Positions 8,324 through 15,243 of a DNA stretch of 40,361 nt are shown here, piece after piece (position 1 is the first letter of the stretch; every line of letters begins with the position of its first letter). Where the stretch lies: IMG/VR virus record IMGVR_UViG_3300038749_000017, positions 1 through 40,361 of that record; one strand, written 5' to 3'. The position numbers were made by a program, and so were the translations under genes. Source of the stretch: a virus (Duplodnaviria > Caudoviricetes). Under the pieces are notes generated by a model, which was not told where the DNA came from, searched no databases, and saw only the letters and a program-made list of their open reading frames with translations.

Positions 8324-9133
8324 CTACTCGTGAAAGTGGCAATGGTCCCAGCGAGCGCAATACTTCCTGCTGCACAGATTCGATTGCGGATTCGGCGGGA
8401 ACAGACCGCTGCGGAACATGTCCGCCGCGTACTCGATGAGGCCGGGCGTGCCGTCTCCGCCGACCATCACGCGACGCGCGTCGAAGACGGGCGACACTGC
8501 GATAGCGGGCTTAGTCGTCGTGCTCAGTCCGACGACTTGCGCGCCAGTCGTGCGCACGCCCTTTGTGTGGTCGTACAGCAGTTGATAGGCGCCGAGCTGC
8601 GCGCTGCGCCCCTTCGTTTTGACGTAGCCCTGCGAGATGACAGCGCGGCCTGATTTCAGATCGGGGATAACGAGGCCGGCGGCGGTCTTCGACACGCGGG
8701 CGCGGTCCATCCTGCCGGTGAGCGTCACGACGATGCCACCGCCGCAATCAATGTCCATCGGATCAAGCGCCGTCTCAACGTCGGTGTAATGCATGCGCGG
8801 CGCGACCTGCGCGCAGTACATCGCATGCAGCGACAAGCCGATGCGCTCGGCATCGCGCACGCTCAAGTCATCGGCGGTGTAGTCGACATCGAACTCGGGA
8901 TGGTTGAGCGTGTCGACCAACACTGCGGCGGACTCGGACGGCTTGATGCTTTCCCCCTGGACGAGCGCCGAGTCATTGACGGCGGTACTGGCGTGCAACG
9001 CGGTACCCAGCAGCGCGCGAACGCCGGCGGCTTTGCCCTTACCGAGTATGTGCGTCCATTCCCATGCATAAGCGCAGTCGAAGAGCGCCCCCCACGACGA
9101 CGCGCGAACTTTGAAGATGGTCGGCGCGGTCAT
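8324..9133 (-). CDS. PD-(D/E)XK exonuclease, Cas4/AddB-like with probable Fe-S cluster
   Basis: N-terminal Cys, GTALH, TGRMD, PDLKSG, QLGAY, C-terminal CSRKYC...C; adjacent to recT. Confidence 0.85.
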   Translation of the reverse strand: MTAPTIFKVRASSWGALFDCAYAWEWTHILGKGKAAGVRALLGTALHASTAVNDSALVQGESIKPSESAAVLVDTLNHPEFDVDYTADDLSVRDAERIGLSLHAMYCAQVAPRMHYTDVETALDPMDIDCGGGIVVTLTGRMDRARVSKTAAGLVIPDLKSGRAVISQGYVKTKGRSAQLGAYQLLYDHTKGVRTTGAQVVGLSTTTKPAIAVSPVFDARRVMVGGDGTPGLIEYAADMFRSGLFPPNPQSNLCSRKYCARWDHCHFHE

Positions 9134-9402
9134 GCTGTCACCTCGTCGGGAACGTCGTCATGGATCGGCAAGCCAGTGATCGGCCTGAGCCACGCGTCGG
9201 GGCAATTGGCGTCCGTGTCCACGATGACGGAGCCACGGAACAAGCCGGGGAAGAGCTTCGGCGTTTGAAAGCGGACCATCCACACGAAGCCATAGGGGCT
9301 GTCAGGCAATGATGGGTGCATGACTTCGACAATCTGCCCGATGAGTTCCGGCACGGCGTCGGCGCGGATGACGATAGCGAGGTCGTTCGGTTTGCAGTTC
9401 AT
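9130..9402 (-). CDS. Conserved phage hypothetical protein
   Basis: MNCKPNDLAIVI...GQIVEV...PDAWLRPI pattern typical of Burkholderia-type phage genes; ATGA coupling. Confidence 0.7.
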   Translation of the reverse strand: MNCKPNDLAIVIRADAVPELIGQIVEVMHPSLPDSPYGFVWMVRFQTPKLFPGLFRGSVIVDTDANCPDAWLRPITGLPIHDDVPDEVTA

Positions 9403-9557
9403 ACGAGCCTCACGTACGCGTACGAGCGTTGCAGGCGCTGCGGCAGCGTGGCGATCGGCACGCGCGGCGCTGCGGCCTTCGCTTGTTCGAACCACCGGCG
9501 GCGCTGTGCGCGTGACAGGCCGCGCAAGAATGCGCGATGACGCAATAGCTTGAGCAC
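9399..9557 (-). CDS. 52-aa basic protein, first gene of the leftward operon (not in ORF track)
   Basis: AGGAGG RBS, GTG start, MLKLLRHRAFLRGLSRAQRRRWFEQ...VRLV*; stop overlaps next ATG (ATGA). Confidence 0.6.
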   Translation of the reverse strand: MLKLLRHRAFLRGLSRAQRRRWFEQAKAAAPRVPIATLPQRLQRSYAYVRLV

Positions 9558-9587
9558 GGTTTCCGCCTCCTGTTTATCGCAATCGAC

Positions 9588-9616
9588 TTGTCGCTTTCGT
9601 TAGCGACGCCTATAAA
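9588..9616 (+). promoter_or_regulatory. Putative rightward early promoter with overlapping operator-like palindrome
   Basis: TTGTCG-N17-TATAAA; GTCGCT-N6-AGCGAC at 9590-9607 overlaps the -35 and spacer. Confidence 0.55.
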
Positions 9617-9732
9617 AAAATCCGTGCGATGACTATAGGAGATGATTCGGAAAAAAAAAATCAGCCGGCAGTCGTCGTAAATCGTCGTTATTCGCTTTTC
9701 TGTAGGACAGAGACTGACAAGGGAGGCAAAGG

Positions 9733-10023
9733 ATGGACGCTAAGCGCATCATCAAATTGGCAGGCGGCAGCAAGGAATTCCAGAGGCTTACGGGTCTCTC
9801 TTTTCCGCAAATTTCACACTACCGTACACGCGATTACATTCCTTCACACCAGATTCGGCTTTTAATCGCTTTAATGCCTGAATTGGATTGGCCCGAATTA
9901 CTCGGCGAAAATACACTCGTTTACACTGGTTTACTCAATGACAGGCGCATCAAGAGCGTGCGCACTGCACGCCTGCGTACGCGTAAACCACTAGAAAAAA
10001 TTCGTTCGACCGAAGGCGCCTGA
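9733..10023 (+). CDS. Cro/YdaS-like HTH regulator
   Basis: IIKLAGGSKEFQRLTGLSFPQISHYRTRDYIP fits a Cro-like HTH; GGGAGG RBS; first rightward gene. Confidence 0.7.
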   Translation: MDAKRIIKLAGGSKEFQRLTGLSFPQISHYRTRDYIPSHQIRLLIALMPELDWPELLGENTLVYTGLLNDRRIKSVRTARLRTRKPLEKIRSTEGA

Positions 10024-10157
10024 CGCGTCAATGCGCGTCGGTCGCGCCACTTTGCTTTGCATGAGTGGCGCAAGGGCAACCCTCCCAGCCCTACCACCGC
10101 CGCGACCTCCCCGACCAGCGTGACGAGACAGCACGCGAAAGCTATGGAGTGCAGGCA

Positions 10158-11039
10158 ATGCCACGCGCCCGCAACATCAAGCACGGCCTATTCAGGAATG
10201 AGATTCTTGGCTTGGCCGATCCGCTCTATACGCTGTTATTCGAAGGGTTGTGGCTCTTGGCTGACCGCGAAGGCCGGCTTGAGGACCGCCCGCTACGGAT
10301 AAAGGCTGATGTGTTCCCTTACCGCGACGCCGTCAATCTTGATGACATGCTGAATTGGCTTTATCAGCGCGGTTTTATCACCCGTTACACAGTCGAAAAC
10401 AAGCGTTACATCGCCATCGTCAAATTCCGCAAGCATCAGAACCCGCACAAGAACGAGCCGGCTAGCACCTTGCCCGGCCCCGATTCTGTCGGCGCGACTA
10501 CCGATGAAATCCGTACGACTTCCGACGAACTCGGTACGGCTTCGGATGATTCCCGTAGCGCTCCGGCTGATTCTTTGATTCCTGATTCCTTGTCTTCTGA
10601 TTCCTTGATTCCTGATTCCTTGACGGAACCTGACGGTTCCTTTCCGACCAAGCCCGCCAAAAAAACGGCGAGCTTGGCCGGCGGCAAAGCTGCCGGGCGG
10701 AGCAAGAAAGCGACTGGCGCAAGCTCAGCCACATGGGAGGCTTATGCGGCGGCGTACTTCGATCGCTACGGCGTCGAGCCAGTGCGCAATGCGACCGTGA
10801 ACGGCCAGCTCGCGCACCTCGTCGGGCGCATCGGCGGCGAGGAAGCGCCGCACGTCGCGCGCTACTACGTCGGCCATAACGCCACGCTCTACGTCCGCGC
10901 CGGCCATCCCACAGGCTTACTCGTCCGCGATGCCGAAAAGCTGCGCATGGAGTGGGCCACGCATCGCCAGGTGCCAGACACCCCACCGCCGAAGTTCGAT
11001 CCGACCGAGTACGTCAACCGCAATCGGAGGCCAGCATGA
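10158..11039 (+). CDS. Phage replication initiator (O-analogue)
   Basis: MPRARNIK...LFEGLWLLADREGRLEDRPLRIK...KHQNPH N-terminus; internal iterons; GGAG RBS before 10158. Confidence 0.8.
   Translation: MPRARNIKHGLFRNEILGLADPLYTLLFEGLWLLADREGRLEDRPLRIKADVFPYRDAVNLDDMLNWLYQRGFITRYTVENKRYIAIVKFRKHQNPHKNEPASTLPGPDSVGATTDEIRTTSDELGTASDDSRSAPADSLIPDSLSSDSLIPDSLTEPDGSFPTKPAKKTASLAGGKAAGRSKKATGASSATWEAYAAAYFDRYGVEPVRNATVNGQLAHLVGRIGGEEAPHVARYYVGHNATLYVRAGHPTGLLVRDAEKLRMEWATHRQVPDTPPPKFDPTEYVNRNRRPA
10494..10622. repeat. Probable replication origin: three 21-bp imperfect repeats plus two 26-bp repeats built from TGATTC units
   Basis: 21-bp units at 10494/10515/10536; CTGATTCYTTGATTCCTGATTCCTTG at 10567 and 10597. 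Confidence 0.7.
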
Positions 11040-11755
11040 ACGCCCCCGCGAGTACTGCGCCGCTGAGTGCGTGGCTGTCGGTGCATCCCGCGCTTGGCAT
11101 CTCGTTGATGGACCACCTGTACAACCGGCTCGACGGCGCCTATCCGGGGCGCTGGCGCCAGCAGTTCCCGAACGAGCAAGCGATTGCGAACTGGCGCGAG
11201 TCGTGGGCCGAGACGTTCGATGCTGAAGGTTTGACGCCTGCCGAGGTCAAAGCCGGGCTGGCGGAATGCCGCACGCGCTACGACTGGCCGCCGTCGCTCG
11301 CGGAGTTCGTGAAAGCATGCCGCCCTGCGATCAACGTCGACGCCGCGCTTTGCGAAGCGGTCGAGCAGCTCCGCCAGCGCAACGAAGGCCGCGACCAGTG
11401 GACGAACCCCGCGTTCTACTGGGCAGCGCTGCGCGTCGGCACGTTCGACATGCTCAACCTGCCGCATGTGCAGCTGGTCAAGCGCTTTGCCGCGGCGCTG
11501 GCGGACGTGATGCGCGACGAGGTCAAGCCGGTGCCGCCGCGCGCCGAAGCATTGCCGGCGCCGGGCAAGGCGACTGCATCGCCCGAGCGGGTGGCCGCGC
11601 ACCTGGAACAGCTCCGCGCGCTGCGCACTGTGCCCGCCGGTCGGCAGTGGGCCGTTCGCCTGCTTGAACGGTACGAGCGCGGCGAAAAAATCTCGCCGGC
11701 GTGCGTCGACATGGCGCGCCGTGCACTGCGTTCGGAGGTCGACCCATGCGCGTGA
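11036..11755 (+). CDS. Replication protein P-like (putative helicase loader)
   Basis: Follows the initiator with ATGA coupling; W...W...GL..C...WPPSLAEFVKAC motif. Confidence 0.6.
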   Translation: MNAPASTAPLSAWLSVHPALGISLMDHLYNRLDGAYPGRWRQQFPNEQAIANWRESWAETFDAEGLTPAEVKAGLAECRTRYDWPPSLAEFVKACRPAINVDAALCEAVEQLRQRNEGRDQWTNPAFYWAALRVGTFDMLNLPHVQLVKRFAAALADVMRDEVKPVPPRAEALPAPGKATASPERVAAHLEQLRALRTVPAGRQWAVRLLERYERGEKISPACVDMARRALRSEVDPCA

Positions 11756-12201
11756 CGCTGACCATCCCCGGCGTGCCAATCGCCAAAGGCCGCCCGCGCT
11801 TCCGCAATCGGCGCACGGCGACCGGCGTCGAGTTCGTGCAGACGTACTCGCCCGAGAAGACCCGCAGCTATGACGCCGTCGTGCGCACGCTCGCCGAACA
11901 AGCGATGGCCGGGCGCCCGCCGCTCACTGGCGCGCTGCAGGTGAACTTTGTGGCGTTCTTGCCTGTTCCGCGCTCTTGGTCCCAAAAACGCGCTAGGAGC
12001 GCTTTGGCGGGGCTGGTGCTACCTACCTATAGGCCTGATCTTGATAACATGATTAAGAATGTTCTAGACGGCTCAAACGGCATTCTTTTTGCCGACGATG
12101 CTCTCATCACTGACGTGGTCATGAGCAAGCGCTATTCGGACCGGCCTCGCGCCGTGCTCGAAGTCATCGAGCTTGATCCCACATCGGAGGTGCAGTCATG
12201 A
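11746..12201 (+). CDS. rusA: RusA Holliday junction resolvase
   Basis: PGVPIAKGRPR, RPDLDNMIKNVLDGSNGILFADDALI, K.Y...PR. Confidence 0.9.
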   Translation: MRVTLTIPGVPIAKGRPRFRNRRTATGVEFVQTYSPEKTRSYDAVVRTLAEQAMAGRPPLTGALQVNFVAFLPVPRSWSQKRARSALAGLVLPTYRPDLDNMIKNVLDGSNGILFADDALITDVVMSKRYSDRPRAVLEVIELDPTSEVQS

Positions 12202-12809
12202 CGGCGATTTTCATGTCGGTTCCGCAGGCCGTGCATTTTGCCTACTTAATGCGCGCATACCCGCCTTGCCCCGAAAGCATCATGGCGAAAATCATGCGGC
12301 AGAACGTCAAAGAGTCCGAAGTCTGGCACGGTAACAGGCCAAAAACAGTATCGTTCGACGGCTTGCACGCGCTCGAAGTGCACCAGCAGTGCACCAACAT
12401 TCGCGACATGGTTTGCCGTCTGCTGCCGATGGCAGAGTCATCCTGCTTGCGTGCGCGGCACGGCCTGACCGAGTACCACGATTACGCCACCGGCGAGCGT
12501 CGCTATTACTTCGACCGCGACCGCACAGAGGCAATCAAGGCGCTGGCGGACTGGCTCAGTCCAGGTCACGACGACATACCGCCGCCGATGATGGACTTGC
12601 TCGTCGCGCGCCACTTCTGCGACAAGCACCAGACGCCCATCACGATCCGCGACGTGGCGGAGCTGTTCGGCAAGTCACGCAGCACGACGCACCGCCGCGC
12701 TGACGAAATAGCCGACCGGCTCAATAAACTGGAAATGCGGGCGCTCGACTTGCTCACGCCGGCCTTTACAGCAATCTGCGAACACGGTCATGCAATAGCC
12801 TCGCACTAG
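12198..12809 (+). CDS. Late-gene regulator / antiterminator Q-like protein
   Basis: Last early gene before a late promoter and terminator; C-terminal HTH TIRDVAELFGKSRSTTHR. Confidence 0.6.
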   Translation: MTAIFMSVPQAVHFAYLMRAYPPCPESIMAKIMRQNVKESEVWHGNRPKTVSFDGLHALEVHQQCTNIRDMVCRLLPMAESSCLRARHGLTEYHDYATGERRYYFDRDRTEAIKALADWLSPGHDDIPPPMMDLLVARHFCDKHQTPITIRDVAELFGKSRSTTHRRADEIADRLNKLEMRALDLLTPAFTAICEHGHAIASH

Positions 12810-12915
12810 CGCTATCGGTTTAAAGCGATGTGTACCGATGTGCGATAGCTAATGAAACACGGTCTACAAACATCGGCACGCATCGCATAGCACTGTGCCT
12901 ACGTGTATGTGCCCC

Positions 12916-12944
12916 TTGCGGTTGTGGGACAAGGCCACTACATT
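12916..12944 (+). promoter_or_regulatory. Putative late promoter (pR'-like)
   Basis: TTGCGG-N17-TACATT directly after the Q-like gene and followed by a terminator. Confidence 0.6.
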
Positions 12945-12980
12945 GCAGCCATCGTGGAATCAGTCCCCCCTCCCCCGAAT

Positions 12981-13006
12981 AACGCGTCGAAAGGCGCGTT
13001 TTTTTT
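12981..13006 (+). terminator. tR'-like intrinsic terminator
   Basis: AACGCGTC-GAAA-GGCGCGTT followed by a T-run. Confidence 0.8.
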
Positions 13007-13030
13007 CGTCCGTGCAATGGAGGTGTCGCC

Positions 13031-13177
13031 ATGCTTGCCCTGATTCTGATGGTCGCTGCCTTCGTGCTGTTCGTGCTCGCTGCCGTTGGCGTGCCGTCGT
13101 CGCCGCGCTTCAATCTGATGGCTGGCGGTCTTGCCTGCGTTGCTGCGTACTTCCTCGTTACGCTGATCGTGCGCTAG
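13031..13177 (+). CDS. 48-aa two-TM membrane peptide (not in ORF track)
   Basis: GGAGG RBS; MLALILMVAAFVLFVLAAVGVPSSPRFNLMAGGLACVAAYFLVTLIVR*. Confidence 0.65.
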   Translation: MLALILMVAAFVLFVLAAVGVPSSPRFNLMAGGLACVAAYFLVTLIVR

Positions 13178-13186
13178 TCGCGCTGC

Positions 13187-13579
13187 ATGCCTGCGAAGCC
13201 GAACCGCCCATGTCGGCATCCCGGCTGCGGCGCGCTCGTCAATAACAAGGACGGTCTCTGCCCGGTCCACCTGGCACAGATGCGACAGCGCGTGAATGCG
13301 CAGCGCGGCAAGACTGCCGAACGCGGATACAGCGGCGCATGGCGCAAGGCTCGCGCTGCTTATCTGCGTGCGCACCCTCTATGCGAGTGCGCCGAGTGCA
13401 AAGCGCTGGGCCGGGTTCTGCCGTCGACTGTGGTCGACCACATCAAGCCACACCGGGGCGATATGTCCCTGTTCTGGGACCGCACGAACTGGCAGGCAAT
13501 GAGCAAGCCCTGTCACGACAGGAAGACAGCGCGCTTCGACGGCGGCTTCGGTCGACCCCGCCGCCAGTACGCGCCATGA
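13187..13579 (+). CDS. HNH endonuclease (HK97 gp74-like packaging cofactor)
   Basis: HPLC..C...VVDHIKPHRGD...N.Q.M.K.CHDRKT. Confidence 0.9.
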   Translation: MPAKPNRPCRHPGCGALVNNKDGLCPVHLAQMRQRVNAQRGKTAERGYSGAWRKARAAYLRAHPLCECAECKALGRVLPSTVVDHIKPHRGDMSLFWDRTNWQAMSKPCHDRKTARFDGGFGRPRRQYAP

Positions 13580-13599
13580 GTGCAGCAAGCGGCGCGCGA

Positions 13600-13690
13600 T
13601 AGGGGGAGGGGGCGGGCGATCTCTGCATGTTGCAGGGCGGTGATCGCGCGTGAGCTGCAATTTTTACGGTCGCGTTATTGATATCGGGGG
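13600..13690. other. Probable cos region
   Basis: G-rich GGGGGAGGGGGCGGG then TTTTTACG...CGCG just after the HNH gene, the usual context of 3'-cos sites in HK97-like phages; cut site not determined. Confidence 0.4.
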
Positions 13691-13748
13691 AGCCGGATTC
13701 GCCACTTCCGGCGGCTTTCGCACCTTTTGCACCTTGGAGCTTGAGACC

Positions 13749-14042
13749 ATGAGCTATTCATTCAACGTTAGGGCCGCGAACAAGGCCGACGCAATTGCCG
13801 CAGTCGAAGTCGAGTTCGACAAGGTCGTCGCGGGCCAACCGGTACACGCGCGCGACCGCGCCGCAGTGCTTGCCAATGCGTACGCCGTCATTGACCTACT
13901 CGGCGACGACGACACGAAGGACATTTCGGTTACCTGCGGCGGGTACGTGAGCTGGCAGACTGCCGAACCGCCAGAATCGGTGCCGCTGTCGAGCGCCTCG
14001 ATTACCGCCAGCGCCGGCACCATCAGCCGCGACGCGAACTAA
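13749..14042 (+). CDS. Conserved phage hypothetical protein
   Basis: GGAG RBS; MSYSFNVRAANKADA...QPVHARDR. Confidence 0.7.
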   Translation: MSYSFNVRAANKADAIAAVEVEFDKVVAGQPVHARDRAAVLANAYAVIDLLGDDDTKDISVTCGGYVSWQTAEPPESVPLSSASITASAGTISRDAN

Positions 14043-14051
14043 GGCGCGACG

Positions 14052-14561
14052 ATGAGCAAGCGGGATGCACTCACGGTCGAGTACCGGCCAATCGAAGCGC
14101 TGATTCCCTACGCCCGCAACGCGCGCACGCATAGCGAGGCGCAGATAGCGCAGATTGCCGGCAGCCTGCGCGAGTTCGGCTGGACTAACCCGGTGCTGGT
14201 CGACGGCGACGGCACCATCATTGCCGGCCATGGGCGCGTGCTCGCAGCTCGTCAGCTCGGCGAAGCCCGCATTCCTGTTATCTCGCTCGCGCATCTCTCC
14301 GAAGCGCAGCGCCGCGCCTACGTGCTCGCAGACAACAAGCTCGCCGAGCAAGCAGGCTGGGATAAAGACCTGCTTAGCCTTGAGCTGGCAGACCTTAGTA
14401 CGCAGGGCTTCGACTTGACCGTCATCGGCTTCAAGCCGGAAGAGATAGAGGAAGCGCTCGTCGGTCGCGACTTCGGGCCGGGCAGCGAAGACGAACAGGG
14501 CAAGCTAGATGCCAAAAAGCAATGCACCTGCCCCAATTGCGGCCACGAATTCACCCCTTGA
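14052..14561 (+). CDS. ParB/Srx N-terminal domain protein with C-terminal CPxCG
   Basis: LIPYARNARTHS...SLREFGWTNPVLVD...IIAGHGR...LADNK; CPNCGHEF. Confidence 0.9.
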   Translation: MSKRDALTVEYRPIEALIPYARNARTHSEAQIAQIAGSLREFGWTNPVLVDGDGTIIAGHGRVLAARQLGEARIPVISLAHLSEAQRRAYVLADNKLAEQAGWDKDLLSLELADLSTQGFDLTVIGFKPEEIEEALVGRDFGPGSEDEQGKLDAKKQCTCPNCGHEFTP

Positions 14562-15210
14562 GCTGCGCCTCGACTGGTGCACCCATGAGGCGGCGAAGTA
14601 TGCCGTAGAAACGTGGCATTACAGCCACCGCATGCCGATGCCGCCGCTCGTCAAGGTTGGCGTCTGGGAGCGCGGCAAGTTTATCGGCTGCGTGCTGTTC
14701 GCGCGGGGCGCCTCGCCGCACCTCGGCAGGCCGTACGGGCTGACGCCGTTTGAAGTGTGCGAGCTGGTGCGAATCGCGCTCACGAAGCATGAGACGCCGG
14801 TAAGCCGCATCGTCGCCATTGCGATCAAGTTTCTACGAAAGAACAGCCCGAATCTGCGGCTTATCGTGTCGTTCGCCGATACGCGGCAGGGGCACCACGG
14901 CGGCATCTATCAGGCCGGCAACTGGATATACGCGGGGCGCTCGGCAGTTTGCCGCGAGTTCTACCACGAAGGCAGGTGGAAACATAACCGCGAGGTGAGC
15001 GGCGGCGCGTTCGGCGGCTCGCGCCGGGTCGCGGACCCTTCGAAGCTGCCGCAGCGCAAGTCCGAAGGGAAATACCGCTATCTGCTGCCGCTCGACAAAG
15101 AGATGCGGCTCCGCCTGGAACACTTAGCGCTGCCGTACCCGAAGCGCAGCGAACCGATTACGCGTGACAAGCAAGCGATGGCCGGGTCCACCGGTACAGC
15201 GGAGGGGTAG
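14509..15210 (+). CDS. mom: Mom-family (GNAT-fold) DNA adenine-modifying enzyme
   Basis: WHYS, CELVRIAL, IVSFADTRQGHHGGIYQAGNWIYAG, KYRY, PYPK are motifs of Mu Mom homologues; start uncertain. Confidence 0.85.
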   Translation: MPKSNAPAPIAATNSPLELRLDWCTHEAAKYAVETWHYSHRMPMPPLVKVGVWERGKFIGCVLFARGASPHLGRPYGLTPFEVCELVRIALTKHETPVSRIVAIAIKFLRKNSPNLRLIVSFADTRQGHHGGIYQAGNWIYAGRSAVCREFYHEGRWKHNREVSGGAFGGSRRVADPSKLPQRKSEGKYRYLLPLDKEMRLRLEHLALPYPKRSEPITRDKQAMAGSTGTAEG

Positions 15211-15229
15211 CGCCTACCGTCACGCTCCA
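15162..15229 (+). ncRNA. Degenerate tRNA-Gly(UCC)-like RNA overlapping the mom 3' end
   Basis: 7-bp acceptor GCGTGAC/GTCACGC plus T-CCA; anticodon arm GCCGG-GTCCA-CCGGT centred on TCC; T-like arm GGAGG-GGTAGCG-CCT(A)CC; reduced D region. Confidence 0.6.
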
Positions 15230-15243
15230 TCACAGAGGCAATC

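Noticed and set aside
8324-9133. Cas4-like gene as part of a CRISPR-Cas system
   Set aside because: No cas1/cas2 or array; its position beside recT indicates a recombination exonuclease
9700-9710. LexA box CTGT...ACAG explaining the lack of CI
   Set aside because: Spacer is 3 nt (CTGT-AGG-ACAG), not the required 8
15162-15229. Canonical translational tRNA-Gly
   Set aside because: No D-stem, no GTTC T-loop and no U33, so it is reported as tRNA-like only
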